Part shown: positions 19,021-28,179 of the stretch, piece after piece
Layout: each line of letters starts with the position of its first letter
Position numbering within the stretch: the stretch's first letter is position 1
DNA from: an uncultured Pseudomonadota bacterium
GTDB taxonomy: Bacteria > Pseudomonadota > Gammaproteobacteria > Burkholderiales > SG8-39
Length of the DNA stretch: 64,000 nucleotides
Direction of reading: 5' to 3'
NCBI GenBank assembly: GCA_963817785.1
Contig: CAWFPL010000008.1
Span: forward strand, 912,463 to 976,462
Notes under the pieces: model-generated
What the model was told of the DNA's origin: nothing
The model's database searches: none
The model's input: only the letters and a program-made list of their open reading frames with translations
Made by a program: the position numbers and the translations under genes

Positions 19021-20141
19021 GCCTGCCCCTGGAAGGCGTGCGGGTCATCGAGGTGGGCCATATGCTCATGGGGCCCTACTGTGGCATGCTGCTCGCCGAC
19101 CTCGGCGCGCAAGTGATCAAAATCGAGCCGCCCGAGGGCGACATCGGCCGAACCATCAGCCCCCACTGGATTGGCCCTCACAACGCCTATTTCGCCAGCC
19201 TCAACCGCAATAAGCAGAGCGTAGTGCTGGACCTCTCGTCTGTGGCTGGCCAAGAAGACTTGGGGAAGCTGGTGCAAGGCGCCCGCGGCCTGGTCACCAA
19301 CTTGCGGCCTACGGCGATTCGCAAGCTTGGCCTGACCTATGACCGTCTCAAGCGCTGGAATCCTAGCATCGTCTGCGTGGCGTTGACGGGCTACGGCCTC
19401 GATAGCCCTTACGCCGACCGTCCGGCCTACGACTACGTGATTCAGGCACTGACCGGCGTGATGGCGCTCACCGGCGACCCCGAGGGGCCGCCCACCAAGA
19501 CCGGGTATTCGGCGGTGGACAACTCAGCGGGCATCATGGGTGCCGTCGGTTTGCTCGCCAAGCTGGTCGAAGGCAAGGGCGGCCAGATCGACATAGCAAT
19601 GTACGATGTCATGCTGTCTCAGCTCAATTACCTCGCCGGCGCCTGGCTTAACGTGGGCGAGCGGGCCGAGCGATACCCGCGGTCCGCTCATCCTTACATC
19701 GTGCCGGCCCAGATCTTCCCGACCTGTGACGGCTGGGTAACTCTGTTCATCACCCACGATGACTTCTGGCGGCGGTTCTGCCTGGAGGTATCGCGGCCAG
19801 AATGGGTCGACGATGTGCGGCTAGCGACGATGGCAGCTCGGCGTGAAAACCGCAGCTTAGTCCTCAATCTAGTAAGTGGTGTCCTGGCCGCCGATACCAC
19901 TCAGCGCTGGGTGGCGCGACTCGCGCCCCTGGGCATCGTGATTGCCGGCGTCGAGAGCCTGGAGGCTGCGCTGGCAAGCGAGCATACGCGGTCCCGGGAT
20001 ATGGTCGTCGAGATACCGGCAGCGGGCGCGTCACTCCGTGCGGTGGGCAATCCGATCAAACTTTCCGGCGCCCGGGATCACTTCACGCCGCCGCCACAGC
20101 TCGGCGAACACAACGCAACCCTGCTCTCGGAGGGCCGATGA
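19017..20141 (+). CDS. family III CoA-transferase (CaiB/BaiF type)
   Basis: 374 aa. GVRVIEVGHMLMGPYCGMLLADLGAQVIKIEPPEGD...NRNKQSVVLDL is the family signature. ATGA overlap with the upstream gene. Confidence 0.85.
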   Translation: MSLPLEGVRVIEVGHMLMGPYCGMLLADLGAQVIKIEPPEGDIGRTISPHWIGPHNAYFASLNRNKQSVVLDLSSVAGQEDLGKLVQGARGLVTNLRPTAIRKLGLTYDRLKRWNPSIVCVALTGYGLDSPYADRPAYDYVIQALTGVMALTGDPEGPPTKTGYSAVDNSAGIMGAVGLLAKLVEGKGGQIDIAMYDVMLSQLNYLAGAWLNVGERAERYPRSAHPYIVPAQIFPTCDGWVTLFITHDDFWRRFCLEVSRPEWVDDVRLATMAARRENRSLVLNLVSGVLAADTTQRWVARLAPLGIVIAGVESLEAALASEHTRSRDMVVEIPAAGASLRAVGNPIKLSGARDHFTPPPQLGEHNATLLSEGR

Positions 20142-21046
20142 CAGCGATACGCGCACCCGAGTTGTTTGATCGTCGCGCGCTTGGCCGTGCGTTGAGCAGA
20201 GCGGCGCGCGCCACCGCCAGTGAGATCCTGCGCGATCCACTACGAGCGGTCACCCGAGCGCCGCGCATCGGCGTCACTGGCACTCCTGGCGTCGGCAAAA
20301 GTTCACTTATCGGACGGCTTGCTCGCCATCGGGTCGAGCGGAACGCGCCGCTGGCAGTGATCGCAGTCGACCCTTCCAGCCCGCGCAGCGGAGGCTCGCT
20401 GCTTGGAGACCGCGTGCGGATGGAGGACTTGGCCGATGACCCTCGCCTGTACATTCGCTCGTTACCTAGCGGCCAGGCGCACGATGGGCTGGGTGACAAC
20501 CTTCCGGAAGTGCTGGCGGCGGTCGACCAGTTCAATTTCACCGAGGTCATCCTCGAGACGGTCGGCGTCGGCCAGACAGGATACGGCGTGCGTCAGCTGG
20601 TGGATGTCGAAGTGCTAGTCCTCATGCCGGGCCTCGGGGACTCGGTCCAAGCGATGAAGGCGGGGATACTCGAGACGGCCGACGTCATTGTCATCAATAA
20701 AGCCGACCTGCCCGGCGCGGAGCGAACCATGACTGAGTTGCGCTCAGTCTTGGGAACCCGCTCAGACGCGGATTGCCCTCAGCTGCTCATGGTGCACAAG
20801 GACGACGACAGCGGAGTTCGCCGACTGAGCGAGGTACTCGACGGCGAACTTGAGCGAGCCCGTAAGCGCACGGGCAACGGAGCTTGGCGGCGTCGAGTCA
20901 ACCGTTATCGAGTGCAGAGCCTGATCGCTCGGCAGTTGGTGGAGACACTGGCCGCGCTACCGGAGACAACGTTCGATCGGTCCCTCGAGCACATCTATCG
21001 GGACGTGATTGCGAAAATGACTCGGTTAGTCAACGGTACGCGGTGA
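20138..21046 (+). CDS. meaB: MeaB/ArgK-type G3E GTPase (mutase chaperone)
   Basis: 302 aa with the P-loop GVTGTPGVGKSSLI, then LETVGVGQ and VINKADL. ATGA overlap with the CoA-transferase. Confidence 0.8.
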   Translation: MTAIRAPELFDRRALGRALSRAARATASEILRDPLRAVTRAPRIGVTGTPGVGKSSLIGRLARHRVERNAPLAVIAVDPSSPRSGGSLLGDRVRMEDLADDPRLYIRSLPSGQAHDGLGDNLPEVLAAVDQFNFTEVILETVGVGQTGYGVRQLVDVEVLVLMPGLGDSVQAMKAGILETADVIVINKADLPGAERTMTELRSVLGTRSDADCPQLLMVHKDDDSGVRRLSEVLDGELERARKRTGNGAWRRRVNRYRVQSLIARQLVETLAALPETTFDRSLEHIYRDVIAKMTRLVNGTR

Positions 21047-21135
21047 TCGAGACGAATACACCGACCAGGAATACAACGTTCGTCACGGAGAGCCATACCT
21101 CGGGTCGTCGTGCATCCCATATGGCAGCCGTTCAG

Positions 21136-21879
21136 CTACCTGCCGAGATAGGTGTCCACGACTCGCCGGTCATTGGAAAGCTCGGTGGCGGTACCCGAGA
21201 GCACGATGCGACCATGATCAATTACGAAAGCGCGATCAGCCATCGAAAGGCCAAGGGTCAGACTCTGTTCCGCTAGCACGATGCTCACGCCGTGCTCGCG
21301 CAGCTTCGACAATGTTTCGAAGACGGAGAGCACGATTTTCGGTGCGAGCCCTGTTGAGGGCTCATCCAGAAGAAGCACACGCGGATCGGTCATCAGTGCG
21401 CGAGCAATGGCCACCATTTGTTGCTCGCCGCCTGAAAGCGTCCCGGCGGGCTGGCGCAGCCGCTCGGCCAATACCGGAAACATGGCGAGCAGCCGCTCCT
21501 TGAGCTCGGCACGCCTGGGCGGGCCGCACAAGCGCCCCCCCAGGTCGAGGTGGTCGCCTACCGAAAGCCTTGGAAAGAGTTCCCGCCCGCTCGGCACATG
21601 GCCAATTCCCGCACGGGCGACGAGGTGTGGCGCGCGGCCCTCGATGGCCTCGCCGAAGAGCTGAACCCGCCCCTTGCGCGGCGCCAGGAGGCCGGCCACC
21701 GCGCGCAGCAGCGTGGTCTTTCCCGCCCCGTTCGCGCCGAGCACCACCGCGACTTCGTTCGCCCCCACTTCGAGCGACACGCCGTGCAAGATTGTGAGCG
21801 GACCAATTCCAGCGACCAACCCCTCGACGAGCAGCGCGGGTACTGGCGCACGCGGGCTCGTTCGGGGCGCGTGCGTCAT
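21136..21879 (-). CDS. ABC transporter ATP-binding protein (LivF-like)
   Basis: 247 aa with Walker A GANGAGKTTLL, signature LSGGEQQMVAIARAL and Walker B LLLDEPS. Confidence 0.85.
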   Translation of the reverse strand: MTHAPRTSPRAPVPALLVEGLVAGIGPLTILHGVSLEVGANEVAVVLGANGAGKTTLLRAVAGLLAPRKGRVQLFGEAIEGRAPHLVARAGIGHVPSGRELFPRLSVGDHLDLGGRLCGPPRRAELKERLLAMFPVLAERLRQPAGTLSGGEQQMVAIARALMTDPRVLLLDEPSTGLAPKIVLSVFETLSKLREHGVSIVLAEQSLTLGLSMADRAFVIDHGRIVLSGTATELSNDRRVVDTYLGR

Positions 21880-23657
21880 TGCGGCTCTCCGAGATAGGCG
21901 CGCACCACCACCGGATTCTTCAATACCTTGGCTGGAACATCTTCAGCGATCTTGCGACCGAAATCGAGTACCACCATGCGGTCCGAAAGATCCGCAATCG
22001 CGGCGATCACATGCTCGACGCAAACGATTCCGGCAACCCCGAATTGCCCGAGCCTCCGGATGACCGTTCGTACGGATTCCTGCTCGTCGCGCGTCATCCC
22101 CGCCATGACTTCATCGAGAAGCACGAGGTCAGGCTGAAGGGCGAGAACACGTGCGAGCTCAAGTTCGCGTTGAAGGCCCGGCGTAAGACGTTCGGCCGGA
22201 TCGAGCCATAGCCTGTCTAATCCGACTGTCCGCAAAACCCATGCCGCGTGCGCGACCGCTCGATGCGACTGCCGGCCGTGGCGGCTGGCCATCACCACAT
22301 TTTCCCAAACAGTCATGGAAGGCATGAGACGCGGAATCTGGAAGGTTCGCGCCATGCCCCTGTGCACGCGCCGGAACACAGGCAGCTTGATGACCGAGAC
22401 GCCGTTGAAGCGGATGTCGCCGCCGCTGGGCGTTACAAAACCAGTGATGGCATTGAAGAGCGTGGTTTTGCCTGCTCCGTTCGCTCCGATGATGCTCACC
22501 GTTTCACCGCGCCGGATCGTGAAGGAAACCTCGTCCAAGGCGACCAGTCCGCCAAAGCGCACGCTGAGGTCCGTGACCTCGAGGACCGCCGTATCGCCCT
22601 CCGGTACAGGTGGCGCGAGCGGTGCCTCACCGACCGGCAGGCTAGGCGGGGCGAGAGCGGCCCTGCGGCGCAACCAGCCGTAGCGGTTTGCCAGTGAGAC
22701 GAGTCCACCGGGCAAGGCAAGCACGGTGGCGATCACAACGACCCCGTACAGCGCCAGCTCAAGGTTCGGGAAATATACGAGAAACTGCTCTCCCACCACC
22801 ATCAGTACCGCGGTGCCGATCAGTGGCCCCCAGAGGGTGCCAATGCCACCGAAGAGCACGAAGACTACGGTGCGCAGATCGATCGCCGGGTCGAAGGCGC
22901 TCGAGGGATCGAGGTAGCTGCGGCTCCAGGCAACAAGGCCCCCCGCTAAGCCGGCCAGCACTGCGCTGAGAACAAACGCTATCACCTTGACACGCGTGGT
23001 AGGGACACCGAGCGCAGTGGCGGCATCCTCGTCCTCGCGCACGCTCATCGCATCTAGACCGAATCCGGAGCGTGCAAAGAAAGCATTCAGCGCGAAGGCC
23101 GCGCACGCAAGCAGGGCCATTCCCGCGTACACCGCGACCGGCGTGAGCTGCGCAGGAAGCGTGACCCCCATGGAACCGCCGACGTAGTTCCAATCGGAGA
23201 ACGCAACACTCAGAATTCGAGCCAGGCCGAACATACCAAGAGCGAAGAGAATTCCTCTAAGCCGCAGCATGATCGGCCCGAGGACCGCCGCGCTCACCGC
23301 GGCGACGACTCCTCCGAGCCCGATTGCGAAATACCACGGGACGTGGCCGTGCATTACGAACACGGCGGTACTGTACGCACCCAATCCGTAAAAGGAAGCC
23401 TGACCGAAGGACAAGTAGCCGGTGAAGCCGCTAATCAGATTCCATCCGTACGCCAGCGCAACGAACGTCAGGACGTCGGTTGCAAGCTGCAGCGTATAGG
23501 CGGAGCCCGTGAACGGGATCGCGATGGCGAGAGCGACAAAGACAGCGCCAATCAGCGCAGCGCGTGCCAAGCTTTGCGAACCACCTACTTCCGAAATCCC
23601 CGCGCGACGAGCTGCTTCCGTCTTCTCGTCGCCCCCCTCTGTGATGTTGTTCTCCAA
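21876..23657 (-). CDS. fused branched-chain-type ABC permease (LivM-like) and ATPase (LivG-like)
   Basis: 593 aa. The N-terminal ~330 aa are polytopic. The C-terminal part carries GANGAGKTTLFNAITG and LLDEVMAGM. Confidence 0.8.
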   Translation of the reverse strand: MENNITEGGDEKTEAARRAGISEVGGSQSLARAALIGAVFVALAIAIPFTGSAYTLQLATDVLTFVALAYGWNLISGFTGYLSFGQASFYGLGAYSTAVFVMHGHVPWYFAIGLGGVVAAVSAAVLGPIMLRLRGILFALGMFGLARILSVAFSDWNYVGGSMGVTLPAQLTPVAVYAGMALLACAAFALNAFFARSGFGLDAMSVREDEDAATALGVPTTRVKVIAFVLSAVLAGLAGGLVAWSRSYLDPSSAFDPAIDLRTVVFVLFGGIGTLWGPLIGTAVLMVVGEQFLVYFPNLELALYGVVVIATVLALPGGLVSLANRYGWLRRRAALAPPSLPVGEAPLAPPVPEGDTAVLEVTDLSVRFGGLVALDEVSFTIRRGETVSIIGANGAGKTTLFNAITGFVTPSGGDIRFNGVSVIKLPVFRRVHRGMARTFQIPRLMPSMTVWENVVMASRHGRQSHRAVAHAAWVLRTVGLDRLWLDPAERLTPGLQRELELARVLALQPDLVLLDEVMAGMTRDEQESVRTVIRRLGQFGVAGIVCVEHVIAAIADLSDRMVVLDFGRKIAEDVPAKVLKNPVVVRAYLGEPQ

Positions 23658-23658
23658 G

Positions 23659-24519
23659 CTACGCAGTTCGCCGGAAGCCTTGCGGCCGCATGACCATCAC
23701 AAGGATCAACAGTGCGTAAGGCAGTACATTTTCCGCATCACCACCCAGATAGTAACCCACTACCGATTGCCCGAGCCCGAGCAGCAGCGCGGCAATCGCC
23801 ACCCCCACATAGTCCCCAAGGCCGCCCAGCGCGATGATGACGAATGCCAGAATGGTGAGATTGTCGGCGGAGGCAGCCGCCATCGGGATGACCAGGATGA
23901 GCAAGGCGCCCGCCGCCGAGGCGAGTCCCACGCCGAGCGCGAACGCCACAAGCCGAACTCGCCCGACATCGATTCCGCAACAGGCGGCACCGGTCGAGCT
24001 CTGCGAGGCTGCCAATAGTGCTTTGCCGAACAGCGTCCGGTTGAGCCCGTAGTAGAGAATGAAGGCGATCGCCGCTGCGAACAGGCCGGAAGCCACCAAT
24101 GCCTTACTCAAGGTCACACCGCCGATCGTCCACGTGGACTGGAGATAGGGAAGCGATACGTAGTCCGATCCCCAGAGCTGCAGCGCCAGTTCGATCAACA
24201 CGTAATTGAGCCCGAAAGTGATCATCAGACTCAGGAGCTCGGCCTTGCGTCCGAAGCGGACCAAGGGCTCGAGCAGCATCGGCTGAAGAATGCCCCCGAC
24301 TACGAACATGACAACGAAGATGATCGGCAGAGCGACCAGCGGATTGACCCCCAGATGGGTCGTCGCCCAGAAGGTGAATAGTCCGGCCATGACGATGAAG
24401 CTACCGTGGGCGAGGTTCACCACCCCCATCACCCCGAATATCAAATTCAGGCTCTGCGCGATGAGAACGTAGGTGCCACCCAGCAAGATGCCGTTGATCA
24501 GGAGCTGCAGCGCAAGCAT
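23659..24519 (-). CDS. branched-chain-type ABC permease (LivH-like)
   Basis: 286 aa, polytopic. MLALQLLINGILLGGTYVLIAQSLNLIFGVMGVVNLAHG is the LivH N-terminal pattern. Confidence 0.85.
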   Translation of the reverse strand: MLALQLLINGILLGGTYVLIAQSLNLIFGVMGVVNLAHGSFIVMAGLFTFWATTHLGVNPLVALPIIFVVMFVVGGILQPMLLEPLVRFGRKAELLSLMITFGLNYVLIELALQLWGSDYVSLPYLQSTWTIGGVTLSKALVASGLFAAAIAFILYYGLNRTLFGKALLAASQSSTGAACCGIDVGRVRLVAFALGVGLASAAGALLILVIPMAAASADNLTILAFVIIALGGLGDYVGVAIAALLLGLGQSVVGYYLGGDAENVLPYALLILVMVMRPQGFRRTA

Positions 24520-24624
24520 GTCCGCCCAGTCACTTCCGCAAGCCCGTCGACGCTCGACGCGGCGGCGGGAACCCCGCCCGCCGCGCGAACGCGCCGAACA
24601 CCCGTACCCGCTATGCGCGCCTGA

Positions 24625-25776
24625 TTATTGGCCGGTATAAGGCGCGACAAGCTTCGCCTCCGCCAAACTCGAGGGCGTAAGCAGCTTGATCTCACCGTTC
24701 TGGATCTGCACCAGCTCCTGCTCGTAGCCGAGCGCCAGTCCGCTGGGATCGACCTTATAAGTTCCCTGGACCGTGTCCACCGTGTGGTGCAGGAGCCACG
24801 TGCGGAGCTTTTCCTGATCGAGTGAGTGGGTGGCTTTGACAGCAGCGCCGAGAACCTGTATCGCGGCATACCCGGAAGCCGCGTGGTAATCCGGGGAGCC
24901 ATGAAACATCGCCTTGTAATGAGCGACAAATTCGCTGTTGCCCCGGCTCTTGAAGTTGTGCCACCAACCCGTATTGGAAATGATCCCGTTGGCGAGCGGA
25001 CCGACCGCTTGCAGGAAGGAAGCCTCCACTGGCCCGATTGTCTCGGCGAAATACTTCGGCGCAAAACCTTGCGCGTGAAGCGCCTTCGCAATGCCCACCG
25101 CATCCGGGAAGTAGGTGCAGCCAATCACCACGTCCGGCTGGGCGTTTTTGATCGCGAGCGCCATCGAGTTGAAGTCGGGTTCCGGAAGCGAATAGGTTGC
25201 CTTGTACACGACCTTCATCCCGAGCTTTTCCGCCTGGGCGATTCGCGCGTCGTAGCACACAAGCGAGAACGCAGACTTGAGCCCCAGCACAGCCACGGTC
25301 TTAGCCCCAGCGCGCTTCACCATGGGCAACAACGTGCTGAGGTAGCGCTCGGAGGAGGCGATACCCTGGAAGTTCCACTTGTTTCCGGGAACATAGATAC
25401 CCGGCATCGACGCCTCAGGCTCCACGACGGCGTACTGGTACTTGTTGAACAAAGGAGCCACGGCATTGGTGACGCCGCTCGAATACGGACCGACGAGCAA
25501 TGACGCCTTGTCTTCGGTAAGGAGCCTCGTGTAGAGCCGCACCGCGGTTCCGGGGTTGCTCTGATCGTCGTAGATTTTGAGTTCGATCTTGCGGCCCAGC
25601 CAGCCGCCATGCGCATTCGCCTCAGCGACTGCGAGTTTCATGCCGTTCAGGTTGTAGTCGGCGTCCACAGCGAAGGCACCGGTCTGCGAGCTTGTCGCCC
25701 CAACCACAATCGGCCCACCCGCCGCGTACGCGGCACCGCCGCACATGACAAACAGCGCAGCAGCGCGGAAGAGCAT
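24625..25776 (-). CDS. ABC transporter periplasmic substrate-binding protein (LivK/type I PBP fold)
   Basis: ORF 24625..25821. I set the start at ATG 25776, 5 nt after AAGGAG. It has a signal peptide (MLFRAAALFVMCGGAAYA) and the pattern IVVGATSSQTGAFA. Confidence 0.8.
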   Translation of the reverse strand: MLFRAAALFVMCGGAAYAAGGPIVVGATSSQTGAFAVDADYNLNGMKLAVAEANAHGGWLGRKIELKIYDDQSNPGTAVRLYTRLLTEDKASLLVGPYSSGVTNAVAPLFNKYQYAVVEPEASMPGIYVPGNKWNFQGIASSERYLSTLLPMVKRAGAKTVAVLGLKSAFSLVCYDARIAQAEKLGMKVVYKATYSLPEPDFNSMALAIKNAQPDVVIGCTYFPDAVGIAKALHAQGFAPKYFAETIGPVEASFLQAVGPLANGIISNTGWWHNFKSRGNSEFVAHYKAMFHGSPDYHAASGYAAIQVLGAAVKATHSLDQEKLRTWLLHHTVDTVQGTYKVDPSGLALGYEQELVQIQNGEIKLLTPSSLAEAKLVAPYTGQ

Positions 25777-25984
25777 GCGCGCTCCTTCCCCTATCCGAAG
25801 TCTTGCTGAACCTGGGACCATAAATGCCTCCTTGGGTTAACCACCGAAAGTCACTTCGCACTTGTTGTTTAACGCCCCATTCGAACGTTCGCGTCCCGAT
25901 CGTGCGCGGCGCCGTGGCGCGACGGTACGGACGCCCCGAGGTGGCGCCCTCGTCTTGACAGGCCCCGCCCCCGCGAGCACTATG

Positions 25985-25998
25985 TCCGTACAAACGGA
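25985..25998. promoter_or_regulatory. palindromic operator candidate (TCCGT-N4-ACGGA) in the divergent intergenic region
   Basis: tccgtacaaacgga is embedded in a direct repeat aTGTCCG...aTGTCCG. It lies downstream of TTGACA at 25954-25959 and upstream of the MaoC gene. Confidence 0.25.
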
Positions 25999-26310
25999 TG
26001 TCCGACTTAATGTGAGCACTCGAAGAATGGATCATTCAAGAAGTGAAGTCAACTTAGGCCAGTGGCTCACCGAGAATGCATCTCATCGTGCGTTCCCTTG
26101 TGGCTTGCGCGACGAGGTTTGGCAGCCGCACTGGATCGCCCAACAGCCTGCTGCAACGATAGGTCGTGGCGTGATGCTGGGCAAATTGCCCATCATCAAG
26201 CTTGCGCCGTCCAAATGAGTGGACGGCATTCCTCGGTACCCCGCCGGCTGCTAGGGTCTGCTTAGCCCGGCCATTGCTCCCTTTCTTGAGGTCCCCTCGA
26301 GACATACCTG

Positions 26311-26829
26311 ATGCCCACGAGATCCAAGCAGATTGCCAATGCACGCTACCGTGCCGACATTGGGCGGTACCTGGAGGACTTTAAGGTCGGCGACGTGTAT
26401 GAGCATCGGCCCGGCAGGACGCTCACGGACGCGGACAACATCCAGTTCTCGCTCCTAACGATGAATAACCACCCACTCCATTGCGACGCGGTCTACGCCC
26501 GAAACAGCGAGTTCGGGCGCCCACTGGTGAACAGCGCCCTTACGCTGGCCGTGGTGCTGGGCATGTCGGTAGCGGACGTCAGTGCCAAGGCGATCGCCAA
26601 CCTCGGCTGGAGCGACATCAAGCTTTTAGCGCCGGTTTTCCCCGGCGACACCATTTACGCCGAGTCCGAGGTACTAGAGCTGCGAGAATCCAAGTCCCGT
26701 CCGACCCAAGGTGTAGTCACCGTGCGTACCACAGGCAAGAAAGCAGACGGCACGGTATTCATGACCTTCGTGCGCTCGGTATTGGTACCCAAGCGCGGCC
26801 ATGGCGTCGGAGACGTCGCTAGCTATTGA
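26311..26829 (+). CDS. MaoC-like (R)-specific enoyl-CoA hydratase/dehydratase
   Basis: 172 aa with FKVGDVYEHRPGRTLTDADNIQFSLLTMNNHPLHCD, the MaoC hotdog hydratase motif (as in itaconyl/mesaconyl-CoA hydratase-type proteins). Confidence 0.8.
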   Translation: MPTRSKQIANARYRADIGRYLEDFKVGDVYEHRPGRTLTDADNIQFSLLTMNNHPLHCDAVYARNSEFGRPLVNSALTLAVVLGMSVADVSAKAIANLGWSDIKLLAPVFPGDTIYAESEVLELRESKSRPTQGVVTVRTTGKKADGTVFMTFVRSVLVPKRGHGVGDVASY

Positions 26830-27027
26830 GAGGACCTGGGCACCGGCATAGTGTGCTGGGCCTCGAGTGGTGCATCGCAGCGAGGCCATCGAATACCAGC
26901 GCGGCGGCCTTTCGAGAGCGTACTCGAGGTGCACATCCGCTTTGCGGAGCGCTTGCCTTCTTTCGCACAGCTAGCCGTCACGACTCGGTCAGCTACGCAC
27001 CGTAACATGTGTTGAGAGGATTTCTCC

Positions 27028-28179
27028 ATGAGCAATGATAACGAGCAGGAACGTCTGATCCTCGACGCAGTTGACCGTTTTTTGGAGACGGAGGTTAGAC
27101 CCCACGTGCAAGAACTCGAGCACGAGGACATCTATCCCACCGAAATCGTGGAAAAGATGAAAGAGCTCGGACTATTCGGCTGCACGATCTCCCAGGGCTA
27201 CGGCGGCCTTGGGCTTTCCACGTCGACCTACGCAAAGCTCGTCGAGCGCATTTCCGCCGTGTGGATGTCACTTTCTGGAGTCATCAACTCCCATCTGATG
27301 ATGGCCTTTGCGGTCGAGCGCCATGGAACCGAGGCGCAGAAACGCCATTTCCTGCCGCAATTCGCCACTGGGGAATTGCGTGGTGGCGTCGGTCTCACGG
27401 AGCCAAACGCTGGCACCGACCTGCAGGCAATTCGAACAGTCGGAGTGCGCGAAGGCGACCAGTACGTGATCAATGGAACCAAGATGTGGATTACAAACGG
27501 GCTTCATGGCAACTGCTTCTCTCTACTCGTTAAGACCGACCCCCAGGCCGAACCGCGTCACATGGGCATGAGCCTCTTCATTGCCGAGAAGGCTCAAGGC
27601 TTCACCGTCAGCCGAAAGCTGAAAAAGCTGGGTTACAAGGGCATCGACACCTGCGAATTGGTATTTAACGATTACCGCGTCGCCAGCGACCGGCTGATCG
27701 GTGGCAAGGAAGGGCGCGGCCTACAGCAAGTCCTTTCAGGGCTAGAGCTCGGACGCATTAACGTTGCTGCACGCGGCGTGGGCGTGGCACGCGCCGCACT
27801 GCAGGACGCGGTGGTCTACTCGCAGCAGCGACGAACGTTCGGCAAGCCAATTTGCGAGCATCAAGCCATCCAGCTCAAGCTTGGAGATATGGCAACCCGC
27901 GTCGAGGCGGCCCGCCTGCTCGTGGAAGCCGCGGCACGCGCGTTCGATCGCGGAGAACGCTGCGACATGGAATCCGGTATGGCCAAGCTCTACGCGACGG
28001 AAGCCGCAATGGACAATTCGCTCGATTCCATGCGCATCCACGGCGGCTACGGGTACTCGACGGAATTCAACGTTGAGCGTTACTTTCGCGACAGTCCCTT
28101 GCTATTGATCGGCGAGGGCACCAACGAGATGCAGCGCATCATCATCGCCAAGCAGCTAATCAAGCGGAATCCGGCATGA
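27028..28179 (+). CDS. acyl-CoA dehydrogenase
   Basis: 383 aa with GLTEPNAGTDL, KMWITNG, the C-terminal YEGTNEMQ-like GEGTNEMQRIIIAKQL, and catalytic-Glu context. Confidence 0.9.
   Translation: MSNDNEQERLILDAVDRFLETEVRPHVQELEHEDIYPTEIVEKMKELGLFGCTISQGYGGLGLSTSTYAKLVERISAVWMSLSGVINSHLMMAFAVERHGTEAQKRHFLPQFATGELRGGVGLTEPNAGTDLQAIRTVGVREGDQYVINGTKMWITNGLHGNCFSLLVKTDPQAEPRHMGMSLFIAEKAQGFTVSRKLKKLGYKGIDTCELVFNDYRVASDRLIGGKEGRGLQQVLSGLELGRINVAARGVGVARAALQDAVVYSQQRRTFGKPICEHQAIQLKLGDMATRVEAARLLVEAAARAFDRGERCDMESGMAKLYATEAAMDNSLDSMRIHGGYGYSTEFNVERYFRDSPLLLIGEGTNEMQRIIIAKQLIKRNPA

Noticed and set aside
26054-26344. 96-aa minus-strand ORF (…MSRGDLKKGSNGRAKQTLAAGG…RRKLDDGQFAQHH…), a possible transposase N-terminal fragment
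   Set aside because: I have only a vague resemblance to IS-type HTH leaders. It overlaps the MaoC start region and has no inverted repeats or partner ORF. The evidence is insufficient.
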